Shown piece by piece: positions 1-14,389 of a DNA stretch of 64,000 nucleotides. Positions within the stretch are counted from its first letter, which is position 1, and the number at the start of each line of letters is the position of its first letter. The notes beneath the pieces were generated by a model. That model saw nothing but the letters and a program-made list of their open reading frames with translations. It did no database searches and had not been told where the DNA came from. A program made the position numbers and the translations under genes. This stretch comes from Octopus sinensis (lineage: Eukaryota), in assembly GCF_006345805.1 (NCBI RefSeq), contig NC_042998.1:116994001-117058000 (forward strand). Reading direction: 5' to 3'.

Positions 1-787
1 GTTATCTATGAGTTTACTAAAAGTGACCAATAAGGCCACAATAACGAAGCAGTAATTAGCTAGCTGAAACATCCTACAGGTCACTTAACGATTGATGCTG
101 CTTTATTAGTTACATCTAGTGACCGTTACGTGGACCATGTTTCTTGGTATATCATTGAAAAGCAAGCGCTATTTCTGCAAGATTTTGCATGCTCATTTCA
201 TGATAAATATCTCAACTATTCAAAAACGTTTCATTAATTACTTATAGGAGACTGGGATCACTATTCAGAAAATACGTAGACAGATATATTCATATGACAT
301 TTCTTAACAACCATGGTTGAATGTCCCAGTTTCTTTCTACTTCTAATATAATAAATGCATACTAATATACCTTTAAATTCTATGATTAACAAAGTGATTT
401 TCGCACAGCATAGTCCAGATAATAGTTCTATAACAGCCTAAATGTAGTTTATAATTTAATCTTCATAGAGTGGATAAAATGTTTAATGTACTACGTGGAC
501 AAAATGTAAATGCACAGCCATTAGCTTGTAATTAACTTAGGTATAGCATGTATATTTATACAATATAATACCTTTGAACTGTTATCTACTTCCAGGGTTT
601 ATTGTAGATAATATCAATCACAATTTGATATCTCCTCATGAGAAATTATATAATATTTGGTTTGGAGAATTACGAAACTACCTTTAAATAATGAGAAGAA
701 TATGTATCTGTATAACAACTTAGACTATCATACGTAGACACCCAATCCAACAAATATATATATATAATTGTATATGTATGTATGTAT

Positions 788-931
<144 letters not shown>

Positions 932-1217
932 GTATGTATGAATGTAAGTATGTATTTAACCACTTACGACTTACGAATAACATTTGAAGTGAAACTACGT
1001 AACTACTTGCCTTTCCCATCAAAAACGTTGAGGTCCTTCTATACTCTGCAGACATCTTAAATTCATGACGAAAGAAAACAGTTATAACGTATACTTAAAC
1101 CTAACTACAAACATATACACACACATATACGTATATACACACATATATACAAACATGCACTCATACGTACACACACACGTACATACGTTCATAGATAAGT
1201 GCGCGCGAGAGATATGA

Positions 1218-1275
<58 letters not shown>

Positions 1276-2007
1276 AAGTGTGCGCGGGGGTGCATACTTT
1301 CATATACGTTATATGATGAAATTAATATTTGAATATACACATACTGTTGGCAAGCAGAAAAAGTCTATATTAAGCGGAAAATGAAAGAGAATTCAGCAAT
1401 CCAGATGATTTAACACGAGTTTACGGTGTGATGCTAAACTTGGTTGGAATACTTCCAGGAAATTCGGATTGCAGACATGTGATATAAATACATGGTTAGT
1501 TGGATTCCTTGGCACAGTTAAACGCATTTCCTTCTCTAAAAGGTGAACTTCAATATAGCACACTTTATAGAACGAAATTAGATGCCATCACCAAAATTCA
1601 GGTTTCTATGGCTACATTAAACATAATGTCAATTACCTAGAGAGAGTAAGCAATGCCAAAATATAGGGTATAAGTTTTGTTGCTGTTTTTAATGTATGTG
1701 TGTGTGTGTGTGTGTGTGTTCTTTATATGTAGCATAGTTGGCAAATGTAGAGTTTACTTTATGTTATTCTCTTTCATGCCCATTGACCTAACAATTTCCA
1801 AGATGAAACATAGTAGAGTAGGAAGAATATTATTGGTGAAATTCTATACGCATAGACGTATACTGTATGCTTAAAAGTGTGGCATATAGACGCATGTATA
1901 AAAAAATATAATGCGCATACAGATATGATCTTACTGACAGACACACACACACAAACATAAAAACACACATATAGATATATTTACATACATATATGTATAT
2001 ATATATA

Positions 2008-2095
<88 letters not shown>

Positions 2096-2731
2096 ACATA
2101 TATGCGTTTATGAGTATATATATGCGTGTATAATTGTGTGTATATATTTCGATAAAAAGAGAGACAGAACCAGAGATACAGATAAAACGTATGCGCGCGT
2201 GCGAGTGTGTGTGTAATTTAATATGAAATCCCTAATTATATTCGATCGTCGCACCGTATATCTCTACTTTTTTTTAAGTATTGCAACAAATATATTCATG
2301 TAACAAACCATATATTTACCAATCAATCTATCACTCAACATATTTATAGTATAATATACATTTTTACAGTCAAGTTAGAGGTATTCTAGATATTTTAAAA
2401 TTGAACTTACTGTGGTTCTTAAAAGTAAAACAAGAATCGAAGACGAACAAATGAAATAATTGTAGTAAGTGTAATATATCAAATAATAATAATAATAATA
2501 ATGTGCTACATGCCAGAAATCATTTAAAATCTATCCATCAGAAGCCGTAAACCTTAAATGAAATACAAAAATTACCAAAAGTTGTTCTCTAAAAAACACT
2601 AGAAAAGATTTCTAAAAAATTATGCTTCTACCTTAGAGTAAATTTGCAGGGGAGTACAGGGCGTAATATTATTGAATGAATTACAGCAGAATGGGAGTTA
2701 CACACACAAACACACACACACACACACGCAT

Positions 2732-2762
<31 letters not shown>

Positions 2763-2834
2763 CACACACACACAGATACACCCACATATATAATTGTATA
2801 CGTACCTATAATCAGATGTGTATGTGTATATGAA

Positions 2835-2867
<33 letters not shown>

Positions 2868-3185
2868 CACTCAACATATTTATAATATAAGGTACATTCT
2901 TACAGTCTACTTTAGATATAGCTATTGTAGATATTTTTAAATATTTCTAAATCGAACTGTGCTTAAAGTTGCTCTAAATGGAGGTTATTGTTGTTCTTAA
3001 TAGTAAAACAAGAATGCAAATGAATTCATTGAAGTCTATCATATCAAATAATAAAAAAAGTGTGCTATCTGCCAGAAATCATGTAGAATTCTACCCATCA
3101 AATCCATGAAATGAAATACGAAATTTACCACGAGTTAATCCCTAAACTAATTTAATAATTTCTAAAAAATTTCTAAAATATATAT

Positions 3186-3483
3186 ATAAGCACTCCGCTG
3201 GTTGAGATGACGAGGGTCCCAGCTGGTACGATCAACGGAACCCCTTGCTCGTGTAATTTACATGTACCCTTAACGTAGTTCTCGGGGAGATTCAGCGTGA
3301 CACAGTGTGTGACAAGGCTGGCCCTTTGAGATACAGGTATTACTCATTTTTGCCAGCTGGGACGACTGGAGCAACGTGAAATAAAGTGTGTTGCTCAAGA
3401 ACACAATGCATCGCCGGAAATTGAACTCGCGACCTTATGATCATGAGTCGAATGCCCCTAACCATTAAGTCAGGCGCCTTCAC
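3186..3483 (-). mobile_element. tRNA-derived SINE, family B
   Basis: On the minus strand: A-box-like TGACTTAATGG (3462-3472) and B-box GAGTTCAATTTCC (3416-3428), then a CTTGAGCAACACACT central block. Flanked by (TA)n. Confidence 0.85.
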
Positions 3484-3555
<72 letters not shown>

Positions 3556-3599
3556 TTATATATATATGACTACTATTATGTTAAACTATCGTATGTCCA

Positions 3600-3822
3600 A
3601 ATGTGGCCAAATGCGTTCTTCTTTCAATATTTATTTTTGCATGCAATAGCCGGTTCTTTTGGTCAAACTTTCTTATCTCCAGCTGCTTCAGATGCCAAGA
3701 TATCAAAAATTGTCAAAGAGTAGTACAACGGTTTTGCCAAGGAATGGTGAAACTATATTTTTTTCTTTTTCAGAAAAAGCAATATTTTGGACTTACGACA
3801 CATTTGCATAATAGTAACGATA
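3600..3822 (+). repeat. Dispersed repeat of unknown class (possible DNA transposon end), copy 1
   Basis: About 220 bp, clearly homologous by eye to the reverse complement of 54349-54552. Confidence 0.7.
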
Positions 3823-3932
3823 TATATGCTTGTGTGAGTTAGGCAAGTGTGTGTACGTGTAGATGTCTGTGTGTGTGAGAGAGAGAGAGGATGTGATTAT
3901 TTGTGTGTCTGTGCATGTGTTTGTATGCATAT

Positions 3933-3974
<42 letters not shown>

Positions 3975-4609
3975 CTGTGTGTGTGTGTAGGTAAGTATAT
4001 GTGTGCGTGTTCCTCGTGCAATTTTTGTCTTCGTAACTTCGTATCTAAACTTCATAATTCTTGTCTGCACAACTCATCCTGCTTAATAGATTTCAAAATT
4101 TCTATTTCCTTTTCTTTGCCATTGTTATTTAAAATGATGGAGAAATCGTACCAATTCTTTTTTCTTCGCTTCTGAACTCTCTTATCGAAGGTAGACTAGA
4201 CTATCCTCTCAAATTGTTAATGTTTCTCTCTTCTTAATTCTCATCGATTTTTGAAGTATTTTAGCGAATATAATCAAACATTTCAACACTTCTGCTACTT
4301 AGGTTATATAAACACTTCTTTCTTATTATTGTATATTTTTGGAATTCTATTTGTTTCTTATATGCCATACTTTCTAGTTCCGTCTATGAGTTCTAATACC
4401 GGAGTTATTTGTCTAAAGTTGATGGAGTGGCAGAAAACTTAAAGCGTCGACAATCTACATTACAGTATTTAGTTCCGGTCCGAGCGCAAATCTACTTCTT
4501 CATCCTTCGCTGGAAAAATAAATGCCATTGCATCGTAAACTGCGAATTCAAAATAGCGGACTAGAAATGGCGTGAACACAGAACAAAAGTAAAATTTTAA
4601 ACTTAAGCA

Positions 4610-5075
4610 AATACTTGGCGGTGTGGTTAACAAACGAAATTTGCAGTCACAAGGATTGAGTTTCAGTCATACTGCACGGTATGTTGGGAAAGAATCCTCC
4701 CTTATAAACTTGGGACAATCACTGCATTTTGATAACTGGAAACTGTGTAGAAGCCCGTGGTGTATATATGTGTGTCTGTGTATGTCTGTATGTCTGTGTG
4801 TTTGTCTATCTATCTGTCTCTCAGTGTGTCTATCTTTCTTTCTGTCTGTGTCTGGTACTTGTGTTTGTGTTTGTGTATGTGTATATAGGTGTGTCTGAGA
4901 TTGCTTCCTTGCCACCGCCTGAAAACTGACCTGATAAGCTAGTGATTCTATTCAAGAGTTCAACAAAATTATTTGCAGATGTGAAAGAACAAGTACTCGG
5001 TTCGATTTATTCGATCAAACCCTGCAATATTTCACCATAGTGGCACTTCAATGACTGAAAGAAGTGAAAAAGAAA
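4610..5075 (+). mobile_element. Highly diverged SINE family A copy
   Basis: Degraded head (GGCGGTGTGGTTAA...GAGTTTCAGTC), GATAACTGGAAACTGTGTAGAAGCCCGT block, internal (TG)n/(TCTG)n, and tail remnant AATGACTGAAAGAAG. Confidence 0.6.
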
Positions 5076-6818
5076 CTTATGCATATAATCTTGTTAATTA
5101 TTGCTTGGATGCGGTGATGCATGATGCTTCAGGAAATCTGAGGCAGAATTGCAACTAAGTGAAATAATATTTGTGGAAACACATTGTGACACAAACCTAA
5201 ACTCCACGACTTTCACTGTGCATGGGAATATATATATATATATATATTTTCGTTTAAGATTGATATTTATATAAATTTTTGTTTTCATACCTGATAATTT
5301 CAATTCCATTTTCACTCGTAACACTTTTTTAAACATCATTTATTCAGATGAATAATCGCAAACTTTTGATTCTACGAGTGGATAGGATTAAGAAGTACGT
5401 TGATCGGGTACTTTGAATTTTCGAATATCCTGTTAAATCTCCTCAGCTCCATCTAGCTGTTCATTACTGTGACATGTTTAAGATATCCTTATCTCAACAT
5501 GATCAATAACGTAGATGGATCGTTTCACAGTTTCCATTAACAAACATTTTCTCACAGATATATGGTTGAATTGTAGCAATGATTCCTTAGATGTCTGCAA
5601 TCGAAAGAAAGTAATTGCGAATGCAGCGTAGCCTATAGTTTTATACAACTGAATTATTAAATCTAACGAAATATTTGTTATGTATAACATGCATACGCTT
5701 TAGAACATGCGCTGTGTTATTTCAAAAGAAAAACCCCAATGAAAATACATTTTCCGAAATCTAAGCTCTATCACTTCCCTGGATTAATTTCAAAAATATT
5801 TCAATATTAAATTCTAATAATTCACCACGATCTCAACAAGATCAATTGTAGTATGTTCCATTAAACGGAGAATTGTGTCCAAAACGGAATTTAAGTTGTA
5901 ATCCTCTTGGAATTTGACTTTAATTTCTTTCAGTTCGACTTACGTTCAAAAGAAATTTTGTTCGAAGCACAAATATCCTTTGTAAATCACTTCATTTAAA
6001 GTAGATTACGCAACACATTCAACTTGAAAGTGTAAACTTCGATATATTAAGTGGCACGTATTATAGTTTATTGCAGTTCTTCTTGGCGTATTTCCATCTA
6101 CAATATGGATGACATTACAATATTCCTTTCTCAGAGATAGGTTAATGTTAATTATCATTATACACCACGCAGTCAAAGTTGGCTATTGAATGATAACAGT
6201 TATAACACGCCGGCTTTTGTTATTAAAACTTAATAGAGAATAATTACATTGTGATGAAGTAGCATTTACCAAGACTTTACTACTTTTTCAATCACTATTA
6301 TTCAAGCAATTAATATAAATATGCTAATTGTTTTCTTACATGTGCAGTCAGGAAGATAAGTACGTGCAAATGTAATTGGGACATTCACTATATTGATAGA
6401 GCAGATAAATGGTAACTATATCATTTCCTTTACTAAATTCTAAGCCCGAAGTCAGAATAACTACAGAAACACCATATTCGATCAATATCCCAGAAGTACT
6501 ATCAAAAGAAGACGTTGAAAATATCAAATACAGAAACTAAAATCGAATATTTCTGCCATCACTATCTGTGGAACGATCAAGTCTTTCTTTCTATGATATC
6601 CAACTAAATTCACGGTTCCATTAATCAATATAATCATATATTGAACTCAACGCATATAAACTTCTACTATAACCACGCACACACACACACACACACACAT
6701 ACACAAACACAAAAACACGCGTGCGCACATGCACGCGCACACATAAAGTCACAAGTTGATGTATTTTATATACAATCACATACGCACATATTTATATCTT
6801 CATCTACATGTGCAAATA

Positions 6819-6876
<58 letters not shown>

Positions 6877-7043
6877 GAGAGAGAGAGAACAAGAATACTT
6901 ATATCAACATTTTATCATATATAGGATCAAGAATTGCATAGGAATAGAACTCTGCTGAGAGAGGAATACATTTCAGAAAATATACTCCAATATTTTAATT
7001 TTTTACCGTATATTTATATGTGTGTGTATAGAGAGAGAATATG

Positions 7044-7082
<39 letters not shown>

Positions 7083-7428
7083 ATACATACACACGTTCTC
7101 TCTCTCTATCTATCTATCTATCTCTCTCTTTCGCCTAAACCCTTTCAAAGCGATTGTAAACTTCATCATGGCCGCAGACAAATGACTAGATAAAGCAAAA
7201 TACACGCAATAAAACAGGTCAAATATAGGGAATTAGTTATAATGCAACCATCAACAGAGTATTTTCCCTATATTTACATAAATTCTAAAGCTGTCTAAAA
7301 TTTCCATTGGTGTTTATATTTGCAGTTTCATCCATAGGCTGTCACTGAATAAACCCTGATTTTGCAGATTTATATACAGCATGCTGTACAAGTGTTGACA
7401 CATTCCAGTGTGACCGTTTCGTTTTCAG

Positions 7429-7523
7429 GTAGTAGTGTGTTATTAACGACAGGTTTCTTTTCTAACTCCACTAAAAGAAAAAGCCATGAAAAGACTTGCT
7501 CGGTGCCTCATATTACTTTTGAG
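7429..7523 (+). CDS. Candidate exon. Reads either as 5'UTR plus MKRLARCLILLL (signal-peptide-like start, ATG 7486) or as an internal phase-1 exon GSSVLLTTGFFSNSTKRKSHEKTCSVPHITFE
   Basis: Acceptor CGTTTCGTTTTCAG|G, donor GAG|GTAAAT, and GCCATGA context. No homology recognised. Confidence 0.3.
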
Positions 7524-7850
7524 GTAAATGATATAGTTGTGATACATGTGTAAATGAATAAGTTTAATCATTTAAATTATTTAAACATATGTACTAGTGT
7601 TATTTTTCGTGCATATTTCTACTATTTCCTTTCCATATCATATACATTATATATGATATATCTCATGTTAAAATATATGTATTATTAAATTCTTAATTAA
7701 ATCCTTTAATGTGTGTGTCTGTGCACGTGTTTGTGTGTGTGCGTATAATTGCATGTAAAGTGACAGAGCCAAAAACAAAATAAAACTGACAACATTTAAA
7801 TCACTAAAAATGTACCCTGCTTGGCGAAATAAGCAATATCTATCTCTTTT

Positions 7851-8146
7851 CTCTTTCTCTTTTACTTGTTTCAGTCATTTGACTGCGGCCATGCTGGAGC
7901 ACCGCCTTTAGTCGAGCAAATCGACCCCGGGACTTATTCTTTGTAAGACCAGTACCTATTCTATCGGTCTCTTTTGCCGAACCGCTAAGTGACAGGGACG
8001 TAAACACACCAGCATCGGTTGTCAAGCAATGCTAGGGGGACAAACACAGACACACAAACACATACACACACACTTATATATATATACATATATACGACAG
8101 GCTTCTTTCAGTTTCCGTCTACCAAATCCACTCACAAGGCATTGGT
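7851..8146 (-). mobile_element. SINE family A, 5'-truncated young copy
   Basis: Near-identical to the 3' two-thirds of the copies at 42318-42729 and 11937-12335. Tail reads GGCGGTGCTCCAGCATGGCCGCAGTCAAATGACTGAAACAAGTAAA on the minus strand. Confidence 0.92.
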
Positions 8147-8543
8147 GTTTCTTCTATAGAAATTAAAGTGCTTGAATTAAAGTGCAAGAAATTAAAGTGC
8201 TTGATAGTAAATTCACTATAAATAAAAGGGTTTACGTAAGTATTTTCATGCATGCACGGCGACAAGATCGAGGGTTAGACTATAAGTGAAATATTTAAGT
8301 CTCTGCCAACAGCATTTATATATATTTCATTTTCGATTCCCGAGATTATCCCCTGAAAGCAGGAATAATTTTCTTCAACAAAGTGTTTATTTTGTAATTT
8401 CTTTTGAATACTTATATTCCTCTTCCTCCCACAGGCCACTCTGTGATGTTTTATGCGTACACAAACATTAATACATAAACAGATTAATATGTATATCTAC
8501 ATATTTATGTTTGTGAGTAAGTATGCATGTAAGCATATATGTA

Positions 8544-8582
<39 letters not shown>

Positions 8583-8587
8583 TATAT

Positions 8588-8739
8588 ATTATTTGTGAAT
8601 TGAAGAAATGGAGCTGAACGCAGATTGAACAGAAATCGTTTTATTTCATTCTACACGTGTTTCGAAACACTTGTAGAACGAAATAAAACGATTTCTGTTC
8701 AATCTGCGTTCAGCTCCATTTCTTCAATTCACAAATAAT
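8588..8739. repeat. 152-bp loop-less palindrome
   Basis: 76-bp arms with 2 mismatches. Axis at TTTC|GAAA (8663/8664). Confidence 0.97.
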
Positions 8740-8891
8740 GTTTTAATTTCAATTATCCGCACCAACGCACGGTTGCAACGCCAGATGGTTGTACCTCCAA
8801 CCGTGCTGTTTACTGCTGTGATTTTTGCTACTAAGGTATCGGTTAAACTTTTGATTAATCTACTACAAGATTATTCATCTTTCTATTTCAC

Positions 8892-8959
<68 letters not shown>

Positions 8960-8992
8960 CACATATGCTTACATGCATACTTACTCACAAAC

Positions 8993-9044
<52 letters not shown>

Positions 9045-9107
9045 TATATATATTCATACACATATGCTTACATGCATATTTACTCACAAACATAAATATG
9101 TAGATAT

Positions 9108-9174
<67 letters not shown>

Positions 9175-11936
9175 TACTTATATGCATACAAGCATATATC
9201 CATACAAACAAACGTATGTACACACACTTACATACATTCATACATATACGCATACAATAATACATCCATACAAACATACATACATACAAACCTACATACA
9301 TACATACATACATACATACATACAAGTCATAAGTCGACTCATGACCGAATGACACTAATTCATAGACCAATTGCACACTAAGAAACATTTGAAGATTGGT
9401 TTCCCCATTCGGATGACTGCATGGGAATTTATTCCACAACAAGCACAAATCAAACTCCAAGAAGCATCCCGACCATCTCTATCTTGGAACCTAGAAACTG
9501 GTTGATCCACACACTTTGCTACACAATACGCACGAAGGACTATACTGGATATCGCATTGCTAAGCGACGCTTGTGGCTGAGTAGTAGACAAGATGACATT
9601 GACCACAGGAAAGATATTCTTCCGTGCTTTTTTTAGAATGACTGCTCCCATCCTCCATATATTTACCAGCATATTTCAACCAAGTGTATGCAACCCTGTT
9701 CTTCTATAATTCTTTAACACTAGTTGCAATCAGAATCAACCGGAGCTCATTTTTGTTTTCATGCGAGATCTTCCTGTTATTTACTATCGATATTAATCTT
9801 TTTCTTGATGTGTCTTCAAAATTGTCTTTAAAAATTCTTCTACACAAACCTACACACGTTACGTTGACAGTATCATGTCTCAGTGTATAATTTATGATGA
9901 TCGATGATCAAATACTTAGAATGTAATATAAAATATACATGAACCACTTAAGTTAACGATTTAAGAGCCCTGTGTGTATGTTATAGATGATCAATTATTG
10001 GGTACTGCCTGTTTTTTTTTAATATATGTACAGCAAAATAACGTGAACATTGAGCAAATGCAAGAGCCAGTAAATTCGTGAATACGTCTTACGCTTTTAA
10101 TTATTAAAAGTAGCTAATATATCGAAATATTCTAACGGAAGATAATCATTATCATACTGAAACCAAAGCCAACTTATATAGAGGAATAGTGTACTATGGG
10201 CTCATACCTAAAGTAGAATATATTCACTTGTGTGTTTTATATTGATTTATTATTTTGAGTTATATGCTATGAAATGTTCAACAAAGGTTTTGTCTTAATA
10301 CTTATAGAGTATTATTATAAACAAAGAAAATTTATAAACAAAGATAGATCTATCAGCAAACACCCAAACATGCACACACATACACACACACACAATGTAT
10401 AAACAGGAATATATTAATACTAGAAGTAGTAAATGACCTACATACTGTGTATGTTAGTTTCTTACTAAGTAAATACTTTTAACAAAGGACTCTAAATATT
10501 CTATAACATTGTCTAAAATATCTGTTACCTGAAAGTTGGGTGGAAGAGATTTGTCGAGTACGCAGACTCCAGTGGTCAACTGATGCTTATTTCATCGACC
10601 CTGGAAGTATGCTTAAACTACTCGACCGTGGTTACAGTTAACCTGAAGAAATACTGCTTAACATTTTGCCCGGTAAGGTAATTATTGTGACTGCTCTCAA
10701 CATTAGCTCAATAAATGTCCAAATTAATTCACGTCTAGAAGGCATATATACGTCGTATTTGGTAATGCATCAGAAATAGCATTGTGTCTGATATTACTCA
10801 ATTTATTTGCGAAATAAAAAACAAACTTGAAATACATATTTGTTCATGCATTTTCTTGAGCAGCAACTTCATAACCATATATTTACCAACAATCCTGTCC
10901 GCGAGAGTGTAACGAAATAGCTGCAATGATGTACACATATGCTGCCTCCAAACCCAAAATTGATGGGATATTATACAAAGCATCAGTTGTTCCGCTTAAC
11001 ACTAAACATAACGCATGTAGACTAACAAACACAGTTGAAGATGGACTCTGAATTACTTTTTGAAGTTAAATTTTTGGATGGACTAGATGAATTTTTTAAG
11101 TGGCTTGAGTAGGATCAGAGCTGGATCTTACAGATTACGAACAGAAATTTTTAACCATTCAGGTAACATAACAGTAACTTTCGCACTCTAGATTCCGGCT
11201 GCTTGGCGTGCATCTTATAATGCATTGGTGCAAATCAAAGAGAATTGATACGTGTTCATTTCTCATATAATGTTGTTCATTGTATATATTTTGGACGTCA
11301 TTTCTTAAAACAATTGCGTAATATGTTAAAACTACACTGAAATATATTTAAATTACCATATTAATCGTAACAGATATTTTAGACAAATACATTACCGGTA
11401 CCAAATTTCCTCGATAGTCAGAGAAAGACTATACATGTTAAGAACAGGAAATTATATGAACCACAGAGTATCTGACAGATTTAAGTCATTATGTAAGATT
11501 GTATTTTGTAATAAAAAATGAAACTATTTACTTACAACTTAGTAAAATGTAATATTGCTCATAACAGCAATATTACATTTCTGTAACTTATAAGTAAAAT
11601 AACTGACGCTCACAATCTTACAAAATTACTAGTATCACGAGTACACAAGATGTGTTTCTTTTCGAATGTAAATAACATAATTATATACTGTCGCTGAATT
11701 TAGAAATATCAGTAGACAATCAACAATAAACTAATTGATTTACTTTCGGAAAATATTAATTTTCAAATTAATTTTCGATTGAGAAGAGTAGAAATATGTT
11801 CGTAACATTTATTTTAAAAAAGCAATTTAATAGAAATATACTGTTCATAATACATACATTAATATATGCTAAATAATGGATAATTGTCTCGCTAGCTGGA
11901 AATAAAATTAAACAAAATAAGAACTCAATATTAATA

Positions 11937-12335
11937 GGCGCAGGAGTGGCTGTGTGGTAAGTAGCTTGCTAACCAACCACATGGTTCTGGGTTCAGTCCC
12001 ACTGCGTGGCATCTTGGGCAAGTGTCTTCTGCTATAGCCCTGGGCCGACCAATGCCTTGTGAGTGGATTTGGTAGACGGAAACTGAAAGAAGCCTGTCGT
12101 ATATATGTATATATATATAAGTGTGTGTGTATATGTTTGTGTGTCTGTGTTTGTCCCCCTAGGGCTAGTATGTTTATGTCCCCGTCACTTAGCGGTTCGG
12201 CAAGAGACCGATAGAATAAGTACTGGGCTTACAAAGAATAAGTCCCGGGGTCGATTTGCTCGACTAAAGGCGGTGCTCCAGCATGGCCGTAGTCAAATGA
12301 CTGAAACAAGTAAAAGAGTAAAGAGTTAAGAGTAA
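11937..12335 (+). mobile_element. SINE family A, near full length
   Basis: tRNA-like head with A-box TGGCTGTGTGG (11947-11957) and B-box GGTTCAGTCCC (11990-12000); CTTGGGCAAGTGTCTT block; internal (TA)/(TG) repeat; tail CAGCATGGCCGTAGTCAAATGACTGAAACAAGTAAAAGAG. Confidence 0.95.
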
Positions 12336-12867
12336 AGTATTGCGAGATAGTAAATGTCTGGTACTTTATTTTATCGACCACGGTAAGCCGAAGCAAGTTT
12401 ACCACAGAGAGAGTTAAACTTAGCATGTAAAGTGTCGGAAGAAATATTAAAAGATATGTTGCCCAGCATTCTAAAAGCAAGATTTCCTGATGAATGCACA
12501 ACGCCAGCACTTACGAGGTGCAAGAGCATTTGTTGATATCATCGGCTTCAGTTTAGGTCTCGTACATTTTTGTTGACTAATGTTCTAGACTCGTACTTTT
12601 TCGCTTTGTTAGCTCATGAGTGAGGAATGCGACAGTTGGTTTCATGAATTTGTACTCAGAACCTAATAGGCTGGAACAAATGGTGCAAAATTCATTTCAA
12701 CTCTGCTAACGATTCTATTATCGCGATTCCTTAATTAGTGCTCCTGATTTGCACACAATTCTAACGATTTTGTTTGCAAGGAATAAGTCCATAACATGGA
12801 CACAACTGCTTGGTTGGTACTTTACCGAACCAAGTGGGATGAATGGCAAAGTTGACATTTGTAGTCC

Positions 12868-12905
<38 letters not shown>

Positions 12906-13894
12906 GGGATGATGATGATGATGATGACGACGATTACGATGATGCTGATGAGAAAAAGCAACAAATAACTTTATTTTTAAAAAAACACATATACGCTTTT
13001 GTGCATGTGCTTATACTCGCGTGTGCACGCTTCTGTGACTGCGGCTCAGTTAATATTTTAGTTTATCATCTGCTCGATGGCAATCTGCCTCGTTCTTATG
13101 GATTTGAAGTTAATTACGATTTATATATAATTTCACATAATTTTGTGTAAATATATCGATTTATTATAATTTTCTATAATTTCACGAATATACATCAAAC
13201 CATATACAAGCGAAGAGAGAAAAATGTACAAAAATTAAAATGGAACGAAGCCAAACACCCGTTTGTTTTTAAATAAAATATTGGTTCGAATTTGAAAGGA
13301 GCAGATTATATAATGTAAAGCTTTGGAAGAGAAAGTATCTCACATCTGCAACTGAGGTATTTGCGTGAGAATTCATATTTCCTACATCTCGGATATGAAT
13401 ATGATATTTCCTTCTGCAGCTTAACATACGTAATTACTTTATAGTATTTAACCTTGCCCCTCTTCAATCTGATTTGAAATGCTACCGCGGTCGACATTAT
13501 TTTTATCTTTCAGTAATAAAATTTGATCGATTGAATTACGAAGAGCCTTCCTACGGATATTGATTATTAATTTTTCTTCTTTTTTTTTTCGCCTTGGCAA
13601 AAAGCCATAGATTCTTGGGGAAAGGCTAGTGAAGGAATCAGATCGATATATATTTGAATCAGTTCTCTTAGCTTTGTTGGTTTCAATCTTTAGAATATGG
13701 TCATGAAGAGTTACAGATTTCATGGGTTATTTACCCATCTATGTAGGAAAGACATATTTTTGTGTCGTGTATATTTAACTTTTCCGCTGACATAAAAAAT
13801 GCAAAATAGACGTTAGTGAAAGGAAAAGTAGTCCAAACAAATACGCAACATGATGTTTTAGTTCATTAAATACTAACACCGTCGCACATAGTCT

Positions 13895-13947
<53 letters not shown>

Positions 13948-13953
13948 ACACAT

Positions 13954-13988
<35 letters not shown>

Positions 13989-14389
13989 ATTATAAGATAT
14001 GGGGTCCACAATAAAGAGTAACGTTGGACATTTACTTTCAGTCACTACAATTGTTCTCCAAGCGTGCAGGTGCTTGATTATGCAACAGTTTCTTTACGTT
14101 ACGAGATCTAGTTGTGTTTCCTCAGATAATATGTAAATATTGTCTCCGTAAATTCAAATTCACGGAGCGTGTGTGTTTATGTGCGTGTGTGCGCGTGTGG
14201 GTATATATGTGTGTATACCAGATTCAGACGAGGGTAATTTTTAGATATCAGTGATGATTGTTTGGAAACTTGAGTTTCCAAGTTATAATCATTAATTTGA
14301 TAAAATTTGTTGTCTAGTCGCTACTGAATTGTTTATTCTTATATATATAAAGACTGAATGTTGATTCCTTATTTCACAGATTTGATGAT

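Noticed and set aside
64-238. 58-codon open frame after a CCTACAG acceptor (GHLTIDAALLVTSSDRY..)
   Set aside because: Open frames of this length are expected by chance in 64 kb, and no homology was recognised.
9400-9845. Stop-interrupted minus-strand frame with RVAYTWLKYAGKY and CACC..KC motifs, vaguely piggyBac-like
   Set aside because: No catalytic motifs, TTAA target sites or TIRs could be identified, so it is too weak to name.
11937-12010. tRNA genes
   Set aside because: All A/B-box cloverleaf-like heads continue into SINE bodies and lack proper acceptor stems.
12487-12530. CTGATGA boxes at about 12487 and about 28600, and a CTGATA hairpin at about 27005
   Set aside because: No complete stem II plus GAAA plus NUH and stem I arrangement; not counted as hammerheads.
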